Shown here: positions 13,523-23,663 of the stretch, piece after piece
Layout of the letters: each line of letters starts with the position of its first letter
How positions within the stretch are numbered: the first letter of the stretch is position 1
Assembly: GCA_965242965.1 (NCBI GenBank)
Contig: OZ251518.1
Coordinates: 1,920,001 to 1,984,000, forward strand
Length of the DNA stretch: 64,000 nucleotides
Direction: 5' to 3'
DNA from: Candidatus Poribacteria bacterium
GTDB taxonomy: Bacteria; Poribacteria; WGA-4E; WGA-3G
Notes under the pieces: model-generated
What the model was told of the DNA's origin: nothing
Databases searched by the model: none
The model's input: only the letters and a program-made list of their open reading frames with translations
Translations under genes and position numbers: made by a program

Positions 13523-14319
13523 GGGACATGGGCGGCCTGATACATCTCGCGCATTATGATGAGGATGTCCTGCGGCGCGCCGAGGGCATCGGTAAGATAG
13601 CAGCTCTCCGCTTCTTCTCTGATTGCATCAGGGATACCGTGGCGCGCTTCAGCGATGGGACCGGCGATGGCGGCAAGCGTATCCGAATCTCCACCGAGAG
13701 AAACGGCGTTCCGCACAGCGTCTTCAAAACTAGTCGATTCCAGCGCGCACGTGATTGCCGGGGGCACCGTGCCTTGACATGTCATATCAAATTCATAACT
13801 TTGGCGAATCTCGTCTACCGTCTGACTCAAATCGTAGCCGTATTCGGCGGCGATGACGGTGCGGATAACGTCTGGATTTTCGCCTCGGAATGCGAGCCAG
13901 ATGGCGTGTGTCGTCGCCCGCGCGCCTTTCATGCCTTCCGGATGATTGTGCGTGATTTCTGTTACTTTATCCGAAGCGGCGAGGGCAGCCGATAGCTCTT
14001 CGCGGTTCAGGAATGCTGCCGGTGAGACGCGCATCGCCGCGCCGTTGTAGAAAAGGTTATAGGGCTCGGGCACGTCCAAATAAATCCACTTCGTAAAAAT
14101 GCCGCTATACCCTCGCCGCGGGTGTGTTCTGCACCACTTCTGCATCGTCTCCGAAGGAGGACGATTGTGGAGCAGAATATCTGCCACCGCTGCCGTGCAG
14201 ACAGAGTCGTCTGTATAACGGCATGTCTTGCAGAAGAAAGGGAAATTTTTGGTTTTGATGCGGGCTTGCTGTCCTTCGTAAATTGAGCCGACAGTGTCTC
14301 CGATGATTGCGCCAAGCAT
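13519..14319 (-). CDS. ADP-ribosylglycohydrolase family protein
   Basis: MLGAIIGDTVGS, TDDS, NGAAMRVSP, ITHNHPEG, GGDSDT. Confidence 0.92.
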   Translation of the reverse strand: MLGAIIGDTVGSIYEGQQARIKTKNFPFFCKTCRYTDDSVCTAAVADILLHNRPPSETMQKWCRTHPRRGYSGIFTKWIYLDVPEPYNLFYNGAAMRVSPAAFLNREELSAALAASDKVTEITHNHPEGMKGARATTHAIWLAFRGENPDVIRTVIAAEYGYDLSQTVDEIRQSYEFDMTCQGTVPPAITCALESTSFEDAVRNAVSLGGDSDTLAAIAGPIAEARHGIPDAIREEAESCYLTDALGAPQDILIIMREMYQAAHVP

Positions 14320-14344
14320 GTTTGTTTCTCCACGATGTGTCATG

Positions 14345-14825
14345 TTGCGATCGCGAGGGACAGGCCCTCGCGCTACGGTGGAAATAACGTGTCTCCTTCT
14401 GTAGGTCAAGATCGCCCGATCCTGACCCGTTTGTGATCAGGCGATCACAAACTACAGAGAGGGGGCGCACGAAAAAACGTCACCCTTCATCGTAGCGCGG
14501 GGGCCTGTCCCCCGCGATCGCCATCGTCAAGAGTGGCGTTTTAGGTCCTTTAGGTCCTATATGTCTATAGAAATACGTGTCGTACCCTTTTCAAGGTCCT
14601 TTAGGTCCTTAATAAAAACACGCGCGGCCCTGGCAAAATCTATTAAGGACCTAAAGGACCTTAGCGTTCTTCTTTGCAGGCACGCGTGCTATAGACATTA
14701 AGGTCCTACGGACCTAAGAATCGTTTTTTCCTCGTAGGGCGGGGGCCTGTCCCCCGCCATGCAACGATCGCAAGTGGGTTTCCCCGCCATGCAACGATCG
14801 CGCGGGACAGGCCCTGGCGCTACGG
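14345..14825. repeat. Mosaic array with four-hairpin element (14542-14717)
   Basis: Read directly from the sequence. Confidence 0.88.
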
Positions 14826-14838
14826 GGTTGCGTGCAAC

Positions 14839-15660
14839 CTAATGCCGCTGCGCCTTTAAATTCGCCCACGTTGTGGTGAATTTGCCTTGCGCCTCAACAC
14901 TCGTGACGACAGAGGCGTATTCGGCGAAATCTGACGCATCAAAAGCGGAACCGTAGACTTCCACTTCATCAATCATTCCGCTGAAGTAGTGGAGATTCGT
15001 GCCTTCGCCATCTTCATCGTGGAAAACAGCGTTAGCATTGACGTATCCGATGCCGATGTCATCACCGTGCGCGAAAAGTTGCCCACCTTCCTCGCTGGCA
15101 ATCATTTCACCATCAAGCCACATCTCGAATTTGTCTGCCTCGACAGCCTCGCCGGCACCGCGGATGACTAAGCCGACGTGATACCACCGATTTGATTCAA
15201 CAGCCGCAGAGGGCCACGCGCCGTCCCAGTTATATTCGGCGCGGTTCCAGCCGCCGACGTAGACTTGCCCATCGAAGACATTAATGACGAGCCCGCGGGT
15301 GCGGCCGCCTTCCTCAAAAATCGTCTGCTTCTGTTCGGTGATGCCGACATCGGCGCAGTTGAAATATGCGACGATTGTCCTGTCGGTGTAAGGACCGCCG
15401 GTGTTGATGTCGACGGAATCGGGCAGTTTCACGCCATCGTCCTCGCCGTCAAAAAGCAGTGCCTTTCCGACGATACCGTCGACAACCTCCGGGTCACCGA
15501 CGAGTTCGCCGTTTACGCCTTTTCCGGATGAGTCTTCGCCATCACCGTTGTCGAAATTCCAGATTGCGGCGACGGTTGCGTCATCTTTCGCTGCGAAGGT
15601 TGTCACAGCGGCGAGGATGAGCAAGATGGTTAAGAGTGAAAAGAAACTTAATTTTGTCAT
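14839..15660 (-). CDS. Secreted LamG/concanavalin-like domain protein with C-terminal VEAQGKFTTTWANLK motif
   Basis: Signal peptide, GKALLFDG, WYHVGLV, GMIDEV. Paralog of 15953..16774. Confidence 0.85.
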   Translation of the reverse strand: MTKLSFFSLLTILLILAAVTTFAAKDDATVAAIWNFDNGDGEDSSGKGVNGELVGDPEVVDGIVGKALLFDGEDDGVKLPDSVDINTGGPYTDRTIVAYFNCADVGITEQKQTIFEEGGRTRGLVINVFDGQVYVGGWNRAEYNWDGAWPSAAVESNRWYHVGLVIRGAGEAVEADKFEMWLDGEMIASEEGGQLFAHGDDIGIGYVNANAVFHDEDGEGTNLHYFSGMIDEVEVYGSAFDASDFAEYASVVTSVEAQGKFTTTWANLKAQRH

Positions 15661-15952
15661 TTGATATAATCTCCTTTGGTTATTGCATCGAGACCTCACG
15701 CCTGTAGTTCAGAAGCACCTGCTCCTGACCCGTTCAGGAGCGGGCGCTCCCGAACTACAGAACGGGGCTACGGTGTCCCGATACAGCCAGCGATCGCGAG
15801 GGACAGGCCCTCGCGCTACGGGGAAAAAACGTCTCCTCACCTCTGTAGGTCAGGAGCGCCTGCTCCCGAACTACAGAAATGGGCCCGATGCCTGCCGGAA
15901 TCGAGACCAGGAGGTCTCGCCTACCCGAAGATGTCAAGACCCGAGGTCTCGC

Positions 15953-16774
15953 CTACCGATGTTCTGTCCGCTGAGCCTTTAAGTTGGCCCACGTCGTTGC
16001 GGATTTTCCGTGCGGTTCAACGCTGAGAGGTTGCGCAAGTTCCGCGAAATCCGCCTCGTCAAAAGCGGAACCGTAGACAAGCACCTCGTCAATCAAACCG
16101 CCAAACCAGTCTAAATCACTGCCACCGCCACCGCCATCGTGGTAGACGGTGTTCTGGTTGAGATGCCCGATGCCGATGTCATCGCCGTGGGCATGGAGTT
16201 GCCCACCTTTCTCTTGCGCGATGCGCTTGCCATCCAGCCACATCTCAAACTTCTTGCTTTCTACTTTCGCCTCGGCATCGCGGATGACGAGCCCGACGTG
16301 ATACCACCGTTTTGATTTGACATCCGCGGCGGGCCAGGCACCGTTCCAATTATATTCGGCACGATTCCAGCCGCCGACGTAAACCTTCCCGCCCTGCACA
16401 TAGATGACGAGCCCGCGCGTCTGACCGCCTTCTTCAAAAATTACCTGCTTCCGGTCCTTCACGCCGACATCATCGCAGTTGAACAACGCCGCGACCGTCC
16501 GGTTGGTATAAGGACCGGCGGTGTTGATATCGGCGGAGTCGGGTAACTTGATGCCATCGTCTCTGCCGTTGAATTTCAACGCTTTCCCGGCAATGCCGTC
16601 AACCGCTTTCGGCTTCCCGGCGAAATTGCCGTCGAGCCCCTTTTTGGAGCTGTCTTTGGCACTGCCATCGTTGAATGTCCAGTGTGCCGCGACGGTGGCT
16701 TCGTCGCGCTGTGCATCCACCTGCACAATGGGCAACATCGCGAAACTGAGCATGAAAATAAGAAAACGAATCAC
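15953..16774 (-). CDS. Secreted LamG domain protein with C-terminal VEPHGKSATTWANLK motif
   Basis: Signal peptide, GKALKFNG, WYHVGLV, GLIDEV. Tandem paralog of the previous gene. Confidence 0.85.
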   Translation of the reverse strand: MIRFLIFMLSFAMLPIVQVDAQRDEATVAAHWTFNDGSAKDSSKKGLDGNFAGKPKAVDGIAGKALKFNGRDDGIKLPDSADINTAGPYTNRTVAALFNCDDVGVKDRKQVIFEEGGQTRGLVIYVQGGKVYVGGWNRAEYNWNGAWPAADVKSKRWYHVGLVIRDAEAKVESKKFEMWLDGKRIAQEKGGQLHAHGDDIGIGHLNQNTVYHDGGGGGSDLDWFGGLIDEVLVYGSAFDEADFAELAQPLSVEPHGKSATTWANLKAQRTEHR

Positions 16775-16870
16775 TTGAATTGCCTCCTTTCCTCTCGGTG
16801 CGGAGGATGTTAGGTTTTTGAGGGAAATGTGGTTTTCCCCTCAAACGTTTAGGTGATAATAGGTGTTTTT

Positions 16871-16899
16871 ATTATGACAATTTTTGAAAATTTTGTCAA
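16871..16899 (-). promoter_or_regulatory. Promoter TTGACA-17-CATAAT for the LamG pair, overlapped by a TGACAA..TTGTCA inverted repeat
   Basis: Sequence attatgacaatttttgaaaattttgtcaa. Confidence 0.6.
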
Positions 16900-17313
16900 A
16901 CAAAAAAACGGCGCGCGTGTTTTTTCTTGCACAAAACCCGTTTTTTGGTATATTATGCGTTTAATTTGGGGGAGGTCATGTTTTGATGCGTTTCGGCTCG
17001 ATTTTCCCGTAGCGCGGGGGCCTCTCCCCCGCGATCGTTGGAGTCCGCGAGGCATGGCGAGGGACAGGCCCTCGCCCTACGGTGAGGGAGACGTTTTTTA
17101 TCGTAGCGCGGACGTTATTTTTTATCGTAGCGCGGGGGCCTGTCCCCCGCGATTGTTGGGGCGATCGAACGATGGCGAGGGACAGGCCCTCGCCCTACGG
17201 TGAAGGGGGACGTTTTCCCGTAGCGCGGGGGCCTGTCCCCCGCGATCGTTGGATCGCGCGGAAGATACCGAGACCGGGAGGGCTCTCCTACCAAAAAACA
17301 AGAGGAAAACATA

Positions 17314-18840
17314 GTGAAATCAAACGCTGAACATACAGAACTTTTCACAGAACTTTTCATTGACGATGCGATTATCGCCGAAAAGCACGGTGTCACGCGC
17401 ACGCTGCATCCCGGCATAAAAACGAACGCGCCTGTCCTCGACCCTACCCCCGGAAACCTCTGGGAACACGGTGGGCCAGACCAGTCCAAGCGCGTGCATC
17501 TCTACGGAACGGTCATGTTCGATGAGGCATTCGGGAAGTATCGGATGTGGTATATGTGTCGCATGGGACCGCATTGGCGATTTCAGGCGAACCAGATTCC
17601 GGGACTTTATGTCCCGCGTCCAAATCGGAATCCCTCAACTTTCAACGGGCAAACGCACGATGCCTACGGCAGGAAGTTCGTTGAAAATGACCGCGGTGAT
17701 CTCACCTGCTACGCCGAAAGTGACGATGGCGTGACATGGACGAAACCGAACCTCGGCATTTTTGAATTCAACGGCGATTCAAATAACAACATTGTCTGGG
17801 ACCTGCACGGGGCTGCCGTTTTTCGAGATGAGGCTGAGCCGAACCGCCAGAAACGGTATAAGGCAATCGGGTTTTGCAGGCGGTATCGCAATATCTTCCT
17901 CATCACCTCACCCGATGGTATCCGGTGGGACGATGCAGAATCTCTTGACCCTGTTGCACAGCGGGACAACGAGGGATGCTTCAATGTCGTCTACGACGAA
18001 AAAGCCTCTCTTTTCCGTGCTTATGCCCTCATCCGAGGGACAGACAAGGACGCGCGGCGGATGATTGCCTACACTGAAAGCCCGCGGCTTGAAGGCGAAT
18101 GGGCATCCCTCACTCCCATGTTCGGTGCGACAGAAAGAGACGATGAAATCGGGGTGGAGAGATACGGCGCGGCGCGCGCCGAAATCCATAACCTGTCAGG
18201 GTTTCGTTATCACGATAACTACATCGGCATCGCCGGCGTGTTATATGTGACGGGACCGGGGGCACCTGAACATGAAATTCCGATCGATGGCCCCATTGAC
18301 GCGCAACTGGTTTGCAGCCGAGATGGAGTGAAGTGGGATTACGCCGATGACGACAGAACGCCGATTATTTCGCGCGGCGCAGCGGGGGAATTTGACATGG
18401 GGATGATTATGGGCACTTCCACCGAACCGCTCATCACCGAGGATGCCATTCATTGGTATTATACCGGCGCGAAGCATACGCATGGCGCGCCGATGAAGGA
18501 ACGGTGCAAATCCATCGGGCGCGCCACGTGGCGATTAGATGGCTTCGTCTCTCTTGATGCCGATGAAAATGGCGGTGTGGTGGAAACGCTTCCGTTGCGT
18601 TTGCCGGGCAATGCGTTGCAGGTGAATGCAGATGCACGCGCCGGGCAAGTCTGTGTTGAAGTGCTGACACCTGATGGGCAAGTGCAACAGGGGTTTTCAA
18701 AGGCGGAGTGTGTGCCGTTGACAGGCGATGAGATTCGGCATCGTGTCCGATGGAAATCTCGGACGTTGGCGGATGCTCGGCGGCCGTTTCGGCTTCGTTT
18801 TGTGCTAAATCGTGCGCGGTTGTATGCGTTTCGGTTGTGA
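17314..18840 (+). CDS. Hypothetical glycoside-hydrolase-like beta-propeller protein (GH32/43/130-like) with C-terminal beta-sandwich
   Basis: Asp-box-like YAESDDGVTWTKP, SPDGIRW, SRDGVKW. C-terminal RLDGFVSL..LQVNAD..LYAF. Confidence 0.6.
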   Translation: MKSNAEHTELFTELFIDDAIIAEKHGVTRTLHPGIKTNAPVLDPTPGNLWEHGGPDQSKRVHLYGTVMFDEAFGKYRMWYMCRMGPHWRFQANQIPGLYVPRPNRNPSTFNGQTHDAYGRKFVENDRGDLTCYAESDDGVTWTKPNLGIFEFNGDSNNNIVWDLHGAAVFRDEAEPNRQKRYKAIGFCRRYRNIFLITSPDGIRWDDAESLDPVAQRDNEGCFNVVYDEKASLFRAYALIRGTDKDARRMIAYTESPRLEGEWASLTPMFGATERDDEIGVERYGAARAEIHNLSGFRYHDNYIGIAGVLYVTGPGAPEHEIPIDGPIDAQLVCSRDGVKWDYADDDRTPIISRGAAGEFDMGMIMGTSTEPLITEDAIHWYYTGAKHTHGAPMKERCKSIGRATWRLDGFVSLDADENGGVVETLPLRLPGNALQVNADARAGQVCVEVLTPDGQVQQGFSKAECVPLTGDEIRHRVRWKSRTLADARRPFRLRFVLNRARLYAFRL

Positions 18841-18849
18841 ATTGTGTGC

Positions 18850-19583
18850 GGGTAGGAGAGACCTCCTGGTCTCGATTTTCTTTGACGATAGAGATCGCGA
18901 GGGACAGGCCCTCGCGCTACGGTGAAAGGGGGATTTTCTCCTACCGTAGCGCGGGGGCCTGTCCCCCGCGCTGTCCATCGTCAAGTTATGTTTTTAGGTC
19001 CTTTAGGTCCTTAATGTCTATAGAAATACGTGTCGTTCCATTTTCAAGGTCCTTTAGGTCCTTAATAAAAAACACGCGGCGCATCAAAGCATATTAAGGA
19101 CCTAAAGGACCTTAAAGCTCTTCGCGGGCGCGCGTACTATAGACATTAAGGTCCTACGGACCTAAAGAGATGTTTTTTTCGGCGCGACGATGGCGAGGGG
19201 AACCCGCTCGGATGCGCGTATGGCATCCGAGGGCCCAAGCCCTACGATGAAAGGAAGGCGTTATTTTCCCCGTAGCGCGGGGGCCTGTCCCCCGCGATCG
19301 TCGTCATTACGATGCGTTCTTAGGTCCTTTAGGTCCTTAATGTCTATAGAAAAACGTGCCGGTCCCATGGCAAGGTCCGTAGGACCTTAATAGGAAAACA
19401 TGCTGCGCGTCAAAACACATTAAGGACCTAAAGGACCTTAAAGCTCCTCCGATCGCCGGCTGCTATAGACATTCAGGTCCTACGGACCTGAAGAGACGTG
19501 TTTCCGGCGATCGAACGATCGCGAGGGACAGGCCCTCGCCCTACGATGAGGGGGATTGCATCGTGACCAGGAGGGCTCCCCTA
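18850..19583. repeat. Mosaic array with two four-hairpin elements (18996-19164, 19321-19490)
   Basis: Read directly from the sequence. Confidence 0.9.
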
Positions 19584-20531
19584 CAATTGCGAGGCCAAAT
19601 CATCAAGCATCTCACGGATACTCACCTCATTGCCATCAAGGAAAAGCGGAGCCAACGCACCACGGCCATGCAACGCCTGCAAAAGAGAATCGATCTGCAT
19701 CATACGCGCCTGCGGAGAGCGACATTTAGGCCACTTATCAGCGAATTCGCGCGCCGGTTGAGGATTGCCTGTCCGCAAAGTCCGCGTGCTTTTCCGCCAC
19801 TCCTGCCATCTGAAGGTATAACCACACCCCTTGCACTGCAATATCTCATCGCGTTTTTTGAGGTTTTTACGGTATTCGCGCCAGCGGCGTTTGTAGTCGC
19901 AAACCGTGCATTCAATATATCCCGGCGTGTGAAGCGCAATTTCGTTGCACTTTGGACAGCGGAGTTCGGGTTTTTTCTCCGGAGACGCGCGTTCTAAACG
20001 CGCCTCATTTGCCGCTCTATTACGCTGAACAGCAGCATCCGGTCTTCGGATAACGCGATGGCAATGCGGACACGGCAATCGGACGCGCTGGCTGAGTGAA
20101 CGCCGGTATGATTCCCATGTCCAGGTTTTCCCGCAGGTGCAGTATACGTGCCTGTGCCTTTTCCCATCAGGCGCGCCTTTCGAGCGCGTCTTCCTACCGC
20201 AATCAAAACACCGCGGCGTTCGGCGCAACGCATCCCGGCAATCTTGCCAGAGAAGCCGCTTGGCGCAGTACGGACAGTGAAACCAGTTATCGTGCTGGTT
20301 TCCGAGGCTTTTGCGAAAAAGCGCGTCGATTTTCCGTTTCACTTTCGTGCCGCACCGCGGACAAGGCACGCGGCCTTCCGGGAATACATCGGCGACTGTC
20401 GCAATGTCTGCACAGCGCGCGTAGAGCTCCCACCCCACGGTCTGCAGCGCATCGTCATCGTAGATGCCTAGCCGGGCGGAGCGGTAAAGTTTGCGGATTT
20501 TGATGGGGTTGACGCGAGGTGCCCATATCAT
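19581..20531 (-). CDS. Hypothetical basic multi-zinc-ribbon protein
   Basis: Seven CxxC and one CxC motifs. ATGA overlap with the upstream oxidoreductase stop. Confidence 0.75.
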   Translation of the reverse strand: MIWAPRVNPIKIRKLYRSARLGIYDDDALQTVGWELYARCADIATVADVFPEGRVPCPRCGTKVKRKIDALFRKSLGNQHDNWFHCPYCAKRLLWQDCRDALRRTPRCFDCGRKTRSKGAPDGKRHRHVYCTCGKTWTWESYRRSLSQRVRLPCPHCHRVIRRPDAAVQRNRAANEARLERASPEKKPELRCPKCNEIALHTPGYIECTVCDYKRRWREYRKNLKKRDEILQCKGCGYTFRWQEWRKSTRTLRTGNPQPAREFADKWPKCRSPQARMMQIDSLLQALHGRGALAPLFLDGNEVSIREMLDDLASQL

Positions 20532-21541
20532 AACTGAATGACCTCTCCTGTCTCAACGCTATCGCTAATTGCCTTCAAAACGCGCATGTTCTGATACGCA
20601 TCTTCAAGACTCGCGTGCGGTTGTGTGCCTTCTTGCAACGATTTCGCCCAATGTTGCATCTCTTCCAGATACCCGGGCCTGCCGATGCTATGAAAGGCAG
20701 TGTTGAGAGCCCATTCTTCAGTAGGCGTATCGGCATATCCGCCGCCGGTGCCGAGCCAGGTCGGCGTGCGATAACGGCGCAGTTTGCGAGTCTCTAACAC
20801 CTGAATCGCCTGATTACCCGTGCCTTTCACGAAAACCATGGTTTCTAGAACCGGACCGGTGCCCAGTGTCATCGTGCCGATGCCGCCGTTCGCGTAGCGC
20901 AGATTGACAGAGAGTGAGACGGTGCGGGTGGCTGCGTCAATCTCTCCCATTGCGAACACTTCGCTGACCTGTCCCATAAAGAACCGCATGCAGTCAGTGG
21001 GGTGGATACCCTGGTCAAGCATGAAGGGCCATGCGAAGGGTGAGCCTGCCTCGCTCAGTCTTGGGCTCGGCGCGAGGTATCGGGTGTGATAGTGGCACGG
21101 CGTTCCGAATTCCGCTTCTGTCATCAGCCGTTTGGCAATCTGATGCGCGGGTGCGTGCCGCCACATCGTGCCTACCATCCCCGTTTTGCCCGTCTTTTTG
21201 GATGCATCGACCAGCATTTTCGCGCCTTCTGGGGTAGTCGCCGGCGGTTTCTCGGTGTAAATATGATAACCGCGTTGCATGCACTCGATGCCGATGTCGC
21301 GGTGCAGTTTATCCTCCGGGCGGCCGATGACGGCGATAGCGTCAAGGACTTCATTTTTGAGCATCGTGTCGTAGTCGGTGTAGTGGCGGAGCGCGCCGAA
21401 TTTTCGGGCGTTTGCCAGTGCCTTCTCTTCTACGATGTCGCAGGTGGCGACGAATTCAAGTTCTGGCACTAGCGGGATGCATTGTTGTAGTTGCGTTGAC
21501 ATTCCGCCGCAGCCGATGAATGCGATTCGGATTTTGTTCAT
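20528..21541 (-). CDS. Gfo/Idh/MocA family oxidoreductase
   Basis: IAFIGCGGM Rossmann motif, EKP, DQGIH. Confidence 0.9.
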   Translation of the reverse strand: MNKIRIAFIGCGGMSTQLQQCIPLVPELEFVATCDIVEEKALANARKFGALRHYTDYDTMLKNEVLDAIAVIGRPEDKLHRDIGIECMQRGYHIYTEKPPATTPEGAKMLVDASKKTGKTGMVGTMWRHAPAHQIAKRLMTEAEFGTPCHYHTRYLAPSPRLSEAGSPFAWPFMLDQGIHPTDCMRFFMGQVSEVFAMGEIDAATRTVSLSVNLRYANGGIGTMTLGTGPVLETMVFVKGTGNQAIQVLETRKLRRYRTPTWLGTGGGYADTPTEEWALNTAFHSIGRPGYLEEMQHWAKSLQEGTQPHASLEDAYQNMRVLKAISDSVETGEVIQL

Positions 21542-21594
21542 GGTGTTTTCTCCTGTTTTGGTTGATGAAAAAACGGTTCGTGACATGCCTCGCG

Positions 21595-22780
21595 CAATTC
21601 AACGATCGCGGGGGACAGGCCCCCGCGCTACGGGTGTCGAGGCCGCCTCCCCTTCATCCAACGATCGCGGGGGACAGGCCCCCGCGCTACGGGAAAAAAA
21701 ACGGCTCGTGTTACCGTAGGGCGAGGGCCTGTCCCTCGCCAGCGTTCAGGCACCAGACCCCTCCCCTCTGTAGTTCAAGAGCGCCTGCTCTTGACCCGTT
21801 TCGGGAGCAGGCGAGCACAAACTACAGAGATGGGCCCGATGCCTTCCCGTAGGAATGAAAAAACGCCGCCCTTTCACGTAGGGCGAGGGCCTGTCCCTCG
21901 CCATGCCTCGCGCATTCTAACGCTCGCGGGGGACAGGCCCCCGCGCTACGGGTGTCGAGGCTGCTTCCCCTCATCCAACGATCGCGGGGGACAGGCCCCC
22001 GCGCTACGGTGAAAAAAAACGGTTTGTGATATGCCTCGCGCATTCTAACGCTCGCGGGGGACAGGCCCCCGCGCTACGGGTGTTGAGGCCGCTTCCCCTC
22101 ATCCAACGATCGCGGGGGACAGGCCCCCGCGCTACGGGAAAAAAACGTCTCTCGTTACCGTAGGGCGAGGGCCCTCGGATGCCATACGCGCATCCGAGCG
22201 GGTGTCCCTCGCCATCGTTCATGCACCAGACCCGCTCCTCCCCTCTGTAGTTCAAGAGCGCCTGCTCTTGACCCGTTTGTGATCAGGCGATCACAAACTA
22301 CAGAGGGGGCCCGATGCATCCCGGTAGGAGGGACATCCTTGTCCCGATTAGTAAGGGAAAAATCGAGACCGATGCAACGAAATGGTTTTCCAAATACTAT
22401 ATCAGGTTTGAAGAAAATAATCAACAAAAAAAGGCACCTCGGCGGAGATGCGCCGAGGTGCCAATACGGATATAGGCTCCCCGTCTATCCGGTTCACGTA
22501 GGTGGGGGTCTGTCCTTCGCCACCGTTCGCGTACCCCAACGATCGCGGGGGACAGGCCCCCGCGCTACGGTGAAAAAAAACGGTTCGTGTTCTCGTTAGG
22601 CTCCCGTCTATCCATTTCACGTAGGGCGAGGGCCTGTCCCTCGCCATTGTTCGATCGCCACGCTGCGCCGTTATCTGTAGTTCAAGAGCGCCTGCTCTTG
22701 AACCGTTCGGGAGCAGGCGCTCCCGAACTACAGAGATGGGCCCGATGCCCGCCGGTAGGAGAGACCTCCCGGTCTCGATT
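21595..22780. repeat. Long mosaic GTAG palindrome array with internal tandem duplications
   Basis: Repeated unit ..CGCGGGGGACAGGCCCCCGCGCTACGG.. plus D-type doublets. Confidence 0.9.
22426..22462 (-). terminator. Rho-independent terminator
   Basis: 12-bp perfect stem GGCACCTCGGCG/CGCCGAGGTGCC followed on the minus strand by T7, downstream of the ECF sigma gene. Confidence 0.75.
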
Positions 22781-22805
22781 AGCCCTGCGGCAGGCCTCAC
22801 GCGAA

Positions 22806-23402
22806 CTAGACTTCGTTTGCGCGGTAAGGTGCCAACATCTTGCGGAGCTGGCGGATAGCAGCGTTTTTGCGCGATGCCACGGTGCCGATAGGGCATCGCA
22901 CAATATCGGCGACTTCCTGATAAGACAATCCCTCCATCTCCGTCAGTTGAAACACCACCTGCTGCTCTTTTGACAGTTTGTTGATTGCATCGCGAATCGT
23001 CACGCGCGTTTCCCGGGCGATGACGATTGTCTCCGGGGAGTAGCGCGTATCCGCAATGGCTGTTGCGATGGGGCGAGTGTCAGCCTCATCGTCTTCATCG
23101 AAGGTTGCATCCAACGATTCAATGTGCGGTGTCCGCTGTTCTTTCGCCAACTGCTTCAGGCAGACATTCTTGGCGATGTGATAGAGAAACGTCCGGAATT
23201 TCGCGAGGGGCCGATAAGTCGGCACACTGCGCCAGAGCCGAATAAACGTTTCTTGACAGAGATCTTCCGCTAGCCCCCGGTCATTGACAAACCGGTTGAT
23301 AAAATTTAAGGTATGTGAATAGTGCCGTCCGGTCAAAATTTCAAATGCGTCTCTGTCGCCTTCTTTGGCAGAGAGCATCAACTGTTCGTCAGTTTGCTGC
23401 AT
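22806..23402 (-). CDS. ECF-type sigma-70 factor
   Basis: AEDLCQETFI, FRTFLYHIAKN, EGLSYQEVADIVRCPIGTVASR. Confidence 0.92.
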   Translation of the reverse strand: MQQTDEQLMLSAKEGDRDAFEILTGRHYSHTLNFINRFVNDRGLAEDLCQETFIRLWRSVPTYRPLAKFRTFLYHIAKNVCLKQLAKEQRTPHIESLDATFDEDDEADTRPIATAIADTRYSPETIVIARETRVTIRDAINKLSKEQQVVFQLTEMEGLSYQEVADIVRCPIGTVASRKNAAIRQLRKMLAPYRANEV

Positions 23403-23426
23403 GCTTGTCTCCTCGGGAAGGAGCGT

Positions 23427-23663
23427 TCAAGCGAAGGCGGGCCAACTAACCTCCTTTCTTTCGTTGTAGTAGGTGCCTGCTCGTTCGCTCCCGGGTCGGT
23501 GCGTTTTCCCTTGTTTCAGCAGGGTTTGCGATGTATCGCGTTGCCCTAAGCGACTTCCGTTCCCAATAAGGCGCGCCCGTGCGTCGTCCGACGCGGCGCG
23601 GCATTCTGGCACTGCTGCCTTCGGCGGGAGTGCCTCCGTGATAAACTTCATATACTGACGCAT
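23427..23663 (-). CDS. Small hypothetical protein / possible leader ORF upstream of the ECF sigma
   Basis: Strong SD AAGGAGG 6 nt before the ATG. Ends 24 nt before the sigma start. Not repeat-derived. Confidence 0.55.
   Translation of the reverse strand: MRQYMKFITEALPPKAAVPECRAASDDARARLIGNGSRLGQRDTSQTLLKQGKTHRPGSERAGTYYNERKEVSWPAFA

Noticed and set aside
18996-19490. Four-hairpin element as a mini-CRISPR with variable spacers
   Set aside because: The units are inverted about the centre and the spacers are homologous by position between copies, so they are diverged linkers rather than acquired spacers.
21595-22340. Regularly spaced repeats resembling a CRISPR array
   Set aside because: The units occur in both orientations and mix families, the spacers are themselves repeated, the same repeats are dispersed across the window, and there are no cas genes.
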